Assembly: GCA_977020255.1 (NCBI GenBank)
Contig: CDROCS010000410.1
Span: 310,001 to 374,000 of the forward strand
Source: Obrimoposthia wandeli
Taxonomy: Eukaryota
Reading direction: 5' to 3'
Length of the DNA stretch: 64,000 nt
Shown: positions 20,858 through 29,158 of the stretch, piece after piece
How the letters are laid out: every line of letters starts with the position of its first letter
How positions within the stretch are numbered: the stretch's first letter is position 1
The notes under the pieces: generated by a model
What the model was told of the DNA's origin: nothing
Database searches by the model: none
What the model saw: the letters and a program-made list of their open reading frames with translations, nothing else
Program-made: the position numbers and the translations under genes

Positions 20858-20896
20858 ATAAAAAGCGAGTCACTATCACAGTAACTCGCTTTTTAT
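20858..20896. terminator. Bidirectional intrinsic terminator
   Basis: ataaaaagcgagt...actcgctttttat. Confidence 0.85.
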
Positions 20897-20934
20897 TAAC
20901 TAACCCCTTCCCCGACAATACAGAGCAAAGCGGT

Positions 20935-20968
20935 CTATTCCTATTTCCTATTTCCTATTTAGCCTATA
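20935..20968. repeat. Short 7-bp tandem repeat
   Basis: ctatttc-type unit about 4 times, degenerate. Confidence 0.7.
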
Positions 20969-20985
20969 CTTACTGGCTTATTCTA

Positions 20986-22257
20986 TTAGCCCAAGCTAAC
21001 GCGTTTAAGCTGGTTTGATTCTAAGCGCTGCTTTTCCAATACCATTTCACTAAATCGTTGGCGTAATTCGCAACCATCTTTATGACCTAATATCTCCACT
21101 TGATGGAATAAGATTGGCTCCCCCTTATTTACATCAACGAGTAATGTCGCACCTGTTGCTAAGCCTAGCGGTAGCGCATGATCGGTAACAGAACGTTCAG
21201 CACTTGTCATCTCGCCGTAATAATCATAACCGCCAATACAATCAAGCTTGTCGCCCTTTTTCAGGTCTCGTTTAGCACGGGTGATAACATCAGATACTGG
21301 TACCCCCATTGGACGAACCACAGATTGATGCTCAACAACATTAACGTATAAGCCGTACAAAGCTTCAATACCCGGCATATGATACGGTAAATACAGCAGG
21401 TAATTAGGACCATCACCCATTTTATAATAAGACAGTGAATCTAATATTTCCGGTTTATCAGTAGAGATTACTGCAAATACACCACCGCTAGGCTCAACGC
21501 CACAAACAACTTCAATCACACCTGTTTGATTTAAAATACCGCCATCTTCTTTTAGCTTTAATAACCCAACAATATCTTCAAGCGTACCTTTGGCTAAATG
21601 CATGCCTGGTACATCGGCCACTAAGCCTGTGGCGTTAGACACTATCGTCATTTCCATCGACATCTTCGAGCCATCCGCAAAAGACGCTATCATCGTAGGT
21701 TTTTGGCCCGATTTTTCAGCCCAAGGTAATACTGAATCAGGGTTAGCAAAAGAATCATGAAAGCCTTTAAATTTACCCACAGCAACGATCCCAAAACCCA
21801 ATACATCGGCATAGTTATATAGGTGTTTAATTAAACCCGGTTCATCGCCCCACATATTACTGTAGATTAGGTCTTTTTCACGGAACAATTCTGCCAACAC
21901 AGGTCCAACAAGCGCATCAGTTTCCGCGCTGACCACAAAGTGTTTATTCGCCGCTAACGTCGCAAGAGCCAGTTCACAACCAAACTCGGTATCGCCCGTC
22001 AGTTCAACCACAATATCAGCGTCACTGTCGCAAAACTCTTCAATACTGTCAGCAATAATAGATAAAGGTAAGTTAGCATCTTTGAGTAGGGCGATAATAG
22101 GCGCTCGCGTTTTGGAGTAAATCGAAACGACATCAATAAAATCCAACAGCGAGATCTGTTGTATCAAGCCCTTACTGATATATCCAGCACCCGCGATGGC
22201 GACTTTGATATTGCCATGCTCTATTTTATACGCATCTAATAAATTTCGATTAATCAT
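20986..22257 (-). CDS. NAD(P)-dependent oxidoreductase with C-terminal SAF domain (homoserine dehydrogenase-like)
   Basis: GAGYISKG Rossmann motif, GDEPG, SFADGSK, AKRDLKKGDKLDCIGG, LPLGL SAF-type tail. Confidence 0.8.
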   Translation of the reverse strand: MINRNLLDAYKIEHGNIKVAIAGAGYISKGLIQQISLLDFIDVVSIYSKTRAPIIALLKDANLPLSIIADSIEEFCDSDADIVVELTGDTEFGCELALATLAANKHFVVSAETDALVGPVLAELFREKDLIYSNMWGDEPGLIKHLYNYADVLGFGIVAVGKFKGFHDSFANPDSVLPWAEKSGQKPTMIASFADGSKMSMEMTIVSNATGLVADVPGMHLAKGTLEDIVGLLKLKEDGGILNQTGVIEVVCGVEPSGGVFAVISTDKPEILDSLSYYKMGDGPNYLLYLPYHMPGIEALYGLYVNVVEHQSVVRPMGVPVSDVITRAKRDLKKGDKLDCIGGYDYYGEMTSAERSVTDHALPLGLATGATLLVDVNKGEPILFHQVEILGHKDGCELRQRFSEMVLEKQRLESNQLKRVSLG

Positions 22258-22280
22258 TGATTTTCCCCAGCAGTAAACAG

Positions 22281-23210
22281 CTACGCCATTGTTATTGCAA
22301 TTACATCGCGTAACTTACACCGCCAATCCGAAGGTCTAAAGATTGGTGAAATTTTACGGCAGTTTAAAATGCCATTTTTAGGCCTAGTGGCAATAGAAGC
22401 ATACTCTTCACTCGTCACCTCTGTTACATCTCGGCCCTGCTCACCAGGTTGGTATTTATCTAATTCTTCAAAAATAGCGCAAGCAAAATCGAACCAACTT
22501 ACCCCGCTATCACAGTTGTTATTTCCACCAAAACTGTTATTTCCACCACCACTGTTATCACCACAGAAATTATAATCACCAAATTGATAACGGCCAGTTT
22601 TAGCTTGGTGGTCCTTGGCCATATCAACGACTAAATTGGCTAAATCACCCGCATACGTTGGACAGCCAAATTGATCGTTAACGATGCGAATTGGCGCATC
22701 TTTGCGGCTAAGTGATAACATCATAGTGACAAAATTTAGCCCATATTCACTAAATACCCAAGAAGTGCGAATAATGATAAAATGGCTCAGATAAGCCTTT
22801 ATATATTGCTCACCTTGCAATTTAGTGCGGCCGTATACATTCAAAGGGGCTGGTGTATCAGTTTCCAGATAAGCACGATGACCCTGACCACTAAAAATGT
22901 ACTCAGTCGAAAAATGAATGAATAACGCACCTAAGTTATGGCACTGTATTGCTAATAAATAAGGTCCATAAGCATTGAGCGACTCAGCAGCTACCGCATC
23001 ATCTTCCGCCCTATCCACATCGGTATAACCCGCCGCATTAATCACCACATCAGGCCTGAATCTGTTAAACACATTCACAACCTGCTTTGCATTAGTAATA
23101 TCTAATGTGTCGATGTCAGTAAATAGCACATCCCAGCCTTGATCTTGTATACGGTCTTTTATCGCTTGGCCTATCTGCCCTTTCTGTCCAGTGACAAGTA
23201 GTCGATACAT
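22281..23210 (-). CDS. rfbD: dTDP-4-dehydrorhamnose reductase
   Basis: GQKGQIG, INAAGYTDVD, STEYIFSG, YGRTK, IRTSWVF, DQFGCPT. Confidence 0.93.
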   Translation of the reverse strand: MYRLLVTGQKGQIGQAIKDRIQDQGWDVLFTDIDTLDITNAKQVVNVFNRFRPDVVINAAGYTDVDRAEDDAVAAESLNAYGPYLLAIQCHNLGALFIHFSTEYIFSGQGHRAYLETDTPAPLNVYGRTKLQGEQYIKAYLSHFIIIRTSWVFSEYGLNFVTMMLSLSRKDAPIRIVNDQFGCPTYAGDLANLVVDMAKDHQAKTGRYQFGDYNFCGDNSGGGNNSFGGNNNCDSGVSWFDFACAIFEELDKYQPGEQGRDVTEVTSEEYASIATRPKNGILNCRKISPIFRPSDWRCKLRDVIAITMA

Positions 23211-23213
23211 AAG

Positions 23214-23747
23214 TTAAAACAAGTCCCTAAACTTCAGACCCATTTTATCTTTATCTGACAATAACGGATTATCACAAGGCCAGTTAATATTTAACTCAGG
23301 GTCATTCCAGATCAAACAACCTTCATCGCTATTGTCATAATAGTCCGTACATTTATATTCAAAATCTGCCAAGTCAGATAATACCAAAAAGCCATGGGCT
23401 AACCCTGGCGGTAACCAAAATTGCAGTTTATTCTCCGCATTTAATCGCACGCCATGCCACTGCCCATAGGTAGGTGAATCTAAGCGTATATCTACCGCCA
23501 CATCAAACACCTCTCCCATCACCACACGCACTAACTTGCCTTGTGGATTGGTTTTTTGAAAATGTAGTCCGCGCAACACGTTTTTTGAAGATCGAGAATA
23601 GTTGTCTTGAACAAAGTCAAACTGACCACCAATCACATCGCGATAACGCACAGCTTGAAATGTTTCCATGAAGAAACCTCGGTCATCACCGAATACATCC
23701 GGCTTGATCACCAAGGCACCCTCTATTGCGGTTTTTGATACTTTCAT
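23214..23747 (-). CDS. rfbC: dTDP-4-dehydrorhamnose 3,5-epimerase
   Basis: DDRGFF, QDNYSRS, LRGLHFQ, AHGF, YKC, LSDKD. Confidence 0.95.
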   Translation of the reverse strand: MKVSKTAIEGALVIKPDVFGDDRGFFMETFQAVRYRDVIGGQFDFVQDNYSRSSKNVLRGLHFQKTNPQGKLVRVVMGEVFDVAVDIRLDSPTYGQWHGVRLNAENKLQFWLPPGLAHGFLVLSDLADFEYKCTDYYDNSDEGCLIWNDPELNINWPCDNPLLSDKDKMGLKFRDLF

Positions 23748-24635
23748 CTACAGCTCCTCGCGAAGTAAACCGTAAAGGTATTGCCCATACTCGGTTTTCT
23801 GCAATAAACAAGCTTGGTCTTCTAATTGTCCACGCGTGATCCAACCTTTTGAAAATGCGATCTCTTCTAAACACGCGACTTTTAAACCTTGATTATTTTC
23901 AATGGTTTGTACAAACATCCCCGCTTTTAATAAGGAGTAATGCGTACCGGTATCAAACCAAGCAAAACCACGTCCAAAGCGCTCGACGTATAATTCACCA
24001 GCTGCCAAATATAGGTTGGTGATATCTGTTATTTCAACTTCATTCCGGGCTGAAGGCGTTAAAGATTTGGCCATATTAATCACACGGTTATCATAAAAAT
24101 ATAACCCAGTAACCGCATTGTTAGACTTTGGATGTTCGGGTTTTTCTTCAATGCTTATCGCATTACCTTCTTTATCAAACTCAACCACACCAAAACGTCC
24201 AGGGTCAGTCACTCGGTAACCAAACACCGTAGCGCCAGTATCCTTGCTTGTCGCATTTAATAGCTTACCGGTGAAATGCTGTCCGTAAAAAACGTTATCA
24301 CCTAAAATAAGGCAGACATTGTCATCACCAATAAAGTCTTCCGCAATAATAAATGCTTGCGCAATCCCCTCTGGCCGTGGCTGCTCTGCATATTCAATAT
24401 TGAGACCAAATGTACTGCCATCGCCAAACAACTCTTTAAAATGTGGTAAATCGTCAGGTGTCGAAATGATTAAGATATCTTGAATATCAGCCAGCATAAG
24501 TACTGAGAGTGGATAATAGATCATCGGTTTATCATAAATCGGTAACAGCTGCTTCGAGACAGCTTTAGTAATGGGGTGTAAACGCGTGCCAGAGCCACCC
24601 GCTAACACAATACCTTTGTATTTTTTATTACCCAT
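23748..24635 (-). CDS. rfbA: Glucose-1-phosphate thymidylyltransferase
   Basis: [40 protein letters not shown]. Confidence 0.96.
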   Translation of the reverse strand: MGNKKYKGIVLAGGSGTRLHPITKAVSKQLLPIYDKPMIYYPLSVLMLADIQDILIISTPDDLPHFKELFGDGSTFGLNIEYAEQPRPEGIAQAFIIAEDFIGDDNVCLILGDNVFYGQHFTGKLLNATSKDTGATVFGYRVTDPGRFGVVEFDKEGNAISIEEKPEHPKSNNAVTGLYFYDNRVINMAKSLTPSARNEVEITDITNLYLAAGELYVERFGRGFAWFDTGTHYSLLKAGMFVQTIENNQGLKVACLEEIAFSKGWITRGQLEDQACLLQKTEYGQYLYGLLREEL

Positions 24636-25731
24636 TAGTACTTTCTCCTCGACGTGTTAACTGATAATCACCACTTAAAACACGCTGCCACCACTTGGTA
24701 TTATCTAAATACCATTGCACCGTTTTGCTGATACCAGTCTCAAATGTTTCTTGGGGTTGCCAGCCTAATTCACGCTGTATTTTACTGGCATCAACCGCAT
24801 ACCTCAGATCATGCCCAGGTCGGTCGCTGACAAATTCAATCAGGTCACGGTAATGCCCGACACCATTAGGTTTATCCGGCACTAGGATTTCCAGTGCATC
24901 ACACAAGACATTAACGACATCGATATTGCGTTTCTCGTTGTGACCACCAATGTTATAACTTTCGCCAACCTGCCCTTTTAGCGCCACCAACACTAACGCG
25001 CGAGCATGATCATCCACATACAACCAATCCCTGACTTGCAGGCCATCCCCGTAAACAGGCAATGCTTGACCATTTAACGCATTTAATATCATGTGTGGAA
25101 TGAGTTTTTCAGGAAAATGATAAGGGCCGTAATTATTTGAACAATTAGTAATTAATGTCGGTAGACCGTAGGTTCTTAACCAAGCTCGCACTAAGTGGTC
25201 AGCACTCGCTTTAGTGGCAGAATAAGGTGAACTCGGATCATAAGCCGTCGTTTCAACAAACAGGCCGCCTTGGTTATCTTTACTACCTTCCCCCGCTAAA
25301 TCACCAAATACCTCATCGGTCGAGATATGGTGAAAGCGAAAACCCGCTTTTTTTTCATTCGCTAATGACGACCAATAGACACGCGCTGACTCTAATAAGT
25401 TATAGGTGCCGATAATATTCGTTTCAATAAAGCAGTTTGGGTTTTCAATTGAGCGGTCGACATGCGACTCCGCGGCAAGGTGCATCACAATATCGGGTTG
25501 ATGCTGCATGAATACACGATCAACCTCTTCCCTGTTACAAATATCAACACATTCGAATATATACTGTGATGATAGTAAATTAGCAGGGATTGAATCTAGA
25601 TTACCGGCATACGTTAAGCTATCGAGATTAACCACCTGGTAGTCCGTATCAGTCAATATATGTCGAATAACCGCGCTGCCAATAAAGCCAGCGCCACCTG
25701 TTACTAATATCTTCATATCGCTATTGCTCAT
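24628..25731 (-). CDS. rfbB: dTDP-glucose 4,6-dehydratase
   Basis: [35 protein letters not shown]; start probably ATG 25731 or the next Met. Confidence 0.96.
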   Translation of the reverse strand: MSNSDMKILVTGGAGFIGSAVIRHILTDTDYQVVNLDSLTYAGNLDSIPANLLSSQYIFECVDICNREEVDRVFMQHQPDIVMHLAAESHVDRSIENPNCFIETNIIGTYNLLESARVYWSSLANEKKAGFRFHHISTDEVFGDLAGEGSKDNQGGLFVETTAYDPSSPYSATKASADHLVRAWLRTYGLPTLITNCSNNYGPYHFPEKLIPHMILNALNGQALPVYGDGLQVRDWLYVDDHARALVLVALKGQVGESYNIGGHNEKRNIDVVNVLCDALEILVPDKPNGVGHYRDLIEFVSDRPGHDLRYAVDASKIQRELGWQPQETFETGISKTVQWYLDNTKWWQRVLSGDYQLTRRGESTNG

Positions 25732-26590
25732 AATTAACGCTTGAAGCGCTTTGGTCTTGAGACTTTCGTGCTGTAGGTACACTCGGTTTTAATAAATACT
25801 GAAAATGGTAGATAAACGCATCGCGAATATGGAAACGTAAAACCCGATTACTAAAGACGTCCCTAAAACCACCATCACTACAGCGTAATCCATCAGCACC
25901 AACGACTATCTCACTCTCGTAATGCACTTTATAGCCAAGTTCCCAACACTTATAACAAATATCGGGGTCTGCCATAAAGATAAAATAACGATTATCATAG
26001 CCGCCAACTTCGTCCCAAACCTTACGACTAATCGCCATAAATGATGATTGCAACCAGTCCACATTCGCCGGTTTAAAATAATCAAATTCAACATACTCAT
26101 AGTGAGTAGCGATGCCTTTTAACAACGGCCAATTTCGAAGAGATGATCTTCGGACTATTTGAGCAAGCAAATTAGGAAAACGGCGCACCGTGTCTGGTGT
26201 AGAACCATCATCATTAAGCTGCCGGGTACCAACAATACCAACGTCCGCATCGCGTTTATAAATAGCGATAATATCGGCTATTATACTGGTAGATTTCCAT
26301 TCGATATCTGGATTAACAAACAATAGATAGTCACCAGTACATAAGTCGGCCCCTTGGTTAGAACCTCGGGTATAGCCATTATTTTGTTGATTAAAAATTA
26401 ACGTTACATTCTCAGTACCTTGATATTGAGACAGTATTTGTTGATTACCAGTATCCATTGAATTATCAATAATGATTACTTCAGTATCAAAATCGCCTTG
26501 CTGTGTCAGTATCCTTTCGACATTATTAACAACACGTTCCGCTTTAAAAAAATCAACAATAACAACAGAAATTAATATTTTCTTAGCCAT
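25721..26590 (-). CDS. Glycosyltransferase family 2 (possible rhamnosyltransferase)
   Basis: [29 protein letters not shown]; start probably MAKK at 26590. Confidence 0.85.
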   Translation of the reverse strand: MAKKILISVVIVDFFKAERVVNNVERILTQQGDFDTEVIIIDNSMDTGNQQILSQYQGTENVTLIFNQQNNGYTRGSNQGADLCTGDYLLFVNPDIEWKSTSIIADIIAIYKRDADVGIVGTRQLNDDGSTPDTVRRFPNLLAQIVRRSSLRNWPLLKGIATHYEYVEFDYFKPANVDWLQSSFMAISRKVWDEVGGYDNRYFIFMADPDICYKCWELGYKVHYESEIVVGADGLRCSDGGFRDVFSNRVLRFHIRDAFIYHFQYLLKPSVPTARKSQDQSASSVNYEQ

Positions 26591-27596
26591 ATGAATCTTC
26601 TCTTTGCTCAACGAATAATTTTTTATCGATAACAGCCGCAAAATCATGATTGGTGATATCAATTGTTTGGTCATATCTTGGTATAGCTATTAACTCAGCC
26701 ACTGTATACACAGGCAGTAACTCGTTAGGATAAACAACCGTCATATTAGGATTACTTAACTCTTTGGCAATTTGCAGTTGATGGTCATCAGAGAACTCAC
26801 CAAACTCCTGTAATCTCGGCACAAATATCACTCTCTTCTGATTAATAAGCATATGATTAATACTGCCAACACCACAATGACTAATCACCAAGCTGCTCTC
26901 CTTAACCAAGGCATCCATTTTGTCTTTACCAACCATATCGACTATTTCGCCATTGGCTGGCTTAACATCTACCTCAAAGTCACCCGTTTGGATAAACCAA
27001 CGCACATTTTTGTCGTGATAAATGTCAAGCTTTGCCAGCGCTGCAATCAGCCGTGGAAATGGGTAAGCGTTGGTACCCATAGTGACTAGCACTAATGGAC
27101 TCTCAGGCGGTGATAGCGGCGTCAATGATTTATTAGTTTTCCCTTCTAAATCAAACGTTTTACCCGCATAGTCGACATTATATTCGCGAGCAACAGCTTC
27201 CCATTGCGACATGAATTCATCATATAGTTTATATTTATGGATCAACTTACCGGTATTCGACAGTTCAACAACCCGTGACAAGGTATCCAAATAAACAAAT
27301 CTTAGTGGTAAAAATTTACACACCAAAGCAAAAGGTAAAACGAGTGGTCCACCCGTCGTAAATACAGTATGTGGCCTCTCTTTAGCAAGTACATACAAGG
27401 CATAGAAAATATTAACAAAGTGAATGAAAGCATTTTTTTGCGTCGACCAAATTGTATAAATTTTCTTTATTTTATCCTCATTAACAAGTGCCTTCGTCGT
27501 GACTAATACGATTTCATCTACATGATTACAAGCACATAATGCCTGAGTTAAATGCCCACCAGCAGACGCGATCACAAGCACTTTTTTATTTTGCAT
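26583..27596 (-). CDS. Fused Alg14-like/Alg13-like (PssD-PssE / CpsF-CpsG type) glycosyltransferase
   Basis: N-half ASAGGHL...TTGG..SNTGK..SQW; C-half VTMGT..FPRL..QTG..ISHCGVGSI..DDHQ in one frame; start MQNKK. Confidence 0.8.
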   Translation of the reverse strand: MQNKKVLVIASAGGHLTQALCACNHVDEIVLVTTKALVNEDKIKKIYTIWSTQKNAFIHFVNIFYALYVLAKERPHTVFTTGGPLVLPFALVCKFLPLRFVYLDTLSRVVELSNTGKLIHKYKLYDEFMSQWEAVAREYNVDYAGKTFDLEGKTNKSLTPLSPPESPLVLVTMGTNAYPFPRLIAALAKLDIYHDKNVRWFIQTGDFEVDVKPANGEIVDMVGKDKMDALVKESSLVISHCGVGSINHMLINQKRVIFVPRLQEFGEFSDDHQLQIAKELSNPNMTVVYPNELLPVYTVAELIAIPRYDQTIDITNHDFAAVIDKKLFVEQREDSYG

Positions 27597-28755
27597 TTGA
27601 ATACTCCAGGTTAAGACCATCAACTAAACATTGATAATGGTTAACGACTGTTTTTTTCTCGAAAATATCTAACGCGTGGGTTTCTAATGCGCGGTTGATT
27701 CGAGCGTGAAATAAATCGTGTTGTAAAATCAGCGATTCCACTTTGTTAACTAATTCATCTACATTTTGGTTATAAACTTTAACGCCAGCGTCAACCCCCT
27801 CTAAATAACCATCAATACCGGTATTAGCATGATATAAGATCGGTAGTCCGGAAAATAATGCTTCCACAAATACCATACCGAATGACTCGTTTTGACTCGG
27901 TAATAAAAATGCGGAATATTCGGTTAACTTTTCCTGTAAAACTTTATTATCAATACGTCCTTTGATCGTGACATGCTTATCTAAAGACAATGCTGATATT
28001 TTATCTCGCACTATTTTCATCTTACTTTCAGGTCCAGAACCGTACACATCTAGTTTAATACTCGGGTAATAAGCTATAAGTTTAGCGATAGCTTCTAACA
28101 ATGGCATTATTCCCTTGCGTTCATATTGCTCAAAACGAAAAACGGTAACAAAATTAGCAGCTTTTTTGGGGACATGCAGGTGAGATAATTGTTTCATTTC
28201 ACAGAGATTGGGCAGTAAACTCGATTTATTCGTATCATTGTTGATACTTGCTTTAAGTAATTCGGTTATCGGATCTTGCGCCCAAGCACTCACCCAAAAA
28301 ATATGTTCAGCTTCTTCCAACACTCTTTTCCAGTGTATTCTTAACCCTAATTTATAGCGTAAAATACGTACATCTGTACCACCTCGAATAGAGAGGAAAT
28401 AAGGGACTTGCGCTTGTTTTGCTAATGCCGCACCTAAAGTGCCATCAATGGCGAGCTTATGCCCATGCACGAGTTGATAATCGATGTGCTCATTCTTAAT
28501 GACACTTAATAGTAAATAGCGGGCAAGAAAGAGAGATAGCGTTAACGCAAGACCAAATGGCAATCCCCAATAGTAGATGGAGTAAAGTTGCGAATTATTC
28601 TGAATAACCTTAACTTGCCAAGGCCATGGGGTTCGATGAATAACAAAAATAGTGTGGGTAATACCAGACGTGGCATCGAGGAGTAATTTTACTGCGGGCG
28701 TACTTGAACTATTACGACCATCGGGATAATCTGAGTGTATGTGTAAAACATTCAT
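27586..28755 (-). CDS. Glycosyltransferase family 4
   Basis: EX7E motif ESFGMVFVE, ALFSGLP, DVYGSG; start MNVL. Confidence 0.85.
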   Translation of the reverse strand: MNVLHIHSDYPDGRNSSSTPAVKLLLDATSGITHTIFVIHRTPWPWQVKVIQNNSQLYSIYYWGLPFGLALTLSLFLARYLLLSVIKNEHIDYQLVHGHKLAIDGTLGAALAKQAQVPYFLSIRGGTDVRILRYKLGLRIHWKRVLEEAEHIFWVSAWAQDPITELLKASINNDTNKSSLLPNLCEMKQLSHLHVPKKAANFVTVFRFEQYERKGIMPLLEAIAKLIAYYPSIKLDVYGSGPESKMKIVRDKISALSLDKHVTIKGRIDNKVLQEKLTEYSAFLLPSQNESFGMVFVEALFSGLPILYHANTGIDGYLEGVDAGVKVYNQNVDELVNKVESLILQHDLFHARINRALETHALDIFEKKTVVNHYQCLVDGLNLEYSNAK

Positions 28756-28888
28756 ATCATAACAACCTACCAAAACGGCTTTAAATTAGCAGTTAACCAC
28801 TGTTAAGTAGGAATTATAGGCATTACATTCTGGTATTGGCCACATTAATGGATAAATATGATGAGGTAATTTCTAAGTACATAAAAAT

Positions 28889-28941
28889 AAAGCCAAGTTT
28901 CACATCATGTATTTTAGATACAATCAGCAAAACTTGGCTTT
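28889..28941. terminator. Inverted repeat downstream of the U32 gene
   Basis: aaagccaagttt...aaacttggcttt. Confidence 0.6.
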
Positions 28942-28986
28942 GATCATAGATTAAAGCGCTTGAGCTTCAGTCTATGATGTTAAGGT

Positions 28987-29158
28987 TTATAAACCTTGGT
29001 ACTATTTTTATAAGCCTGACGGCTCTATTTATAAACCTTGAGTGCTTTTTCTTACAAGCCCTGCGTACTCTTTACTATAAACCTTGAGTACTTTTTTTTA
29101 CAAGCCCTGCGTACTCTTTACTATAAACCTTGAGTACTTTTTTTTACAAGCCCTGCGT
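28987..29158 (-). repeat. Tandem array of about 23-bp units (46-bp dimer) copying the U32 gene 3' end
   Basis: Eight units; the 46-bp period is near-exact from 29030 to 29158; the six gene-proximal units read T-Q-G-L-stop on the minus strand. Confidence 0.9.

Noticed and set aside
28760-28880. JUMPstart/ops (RfaH) element before the glycan cluster
   Set aside because: Only tttggtag is present; no GGCGGTAG core or JUMPstart context
28987-29158. CRISPR array interpretation of the 23/46-bp repeats
   Set aside because: The intervening 7-8 bp are themselves repeated, there are no unique spacers and no cas genes, and the repeat equals the neighbouring gene's 3' end
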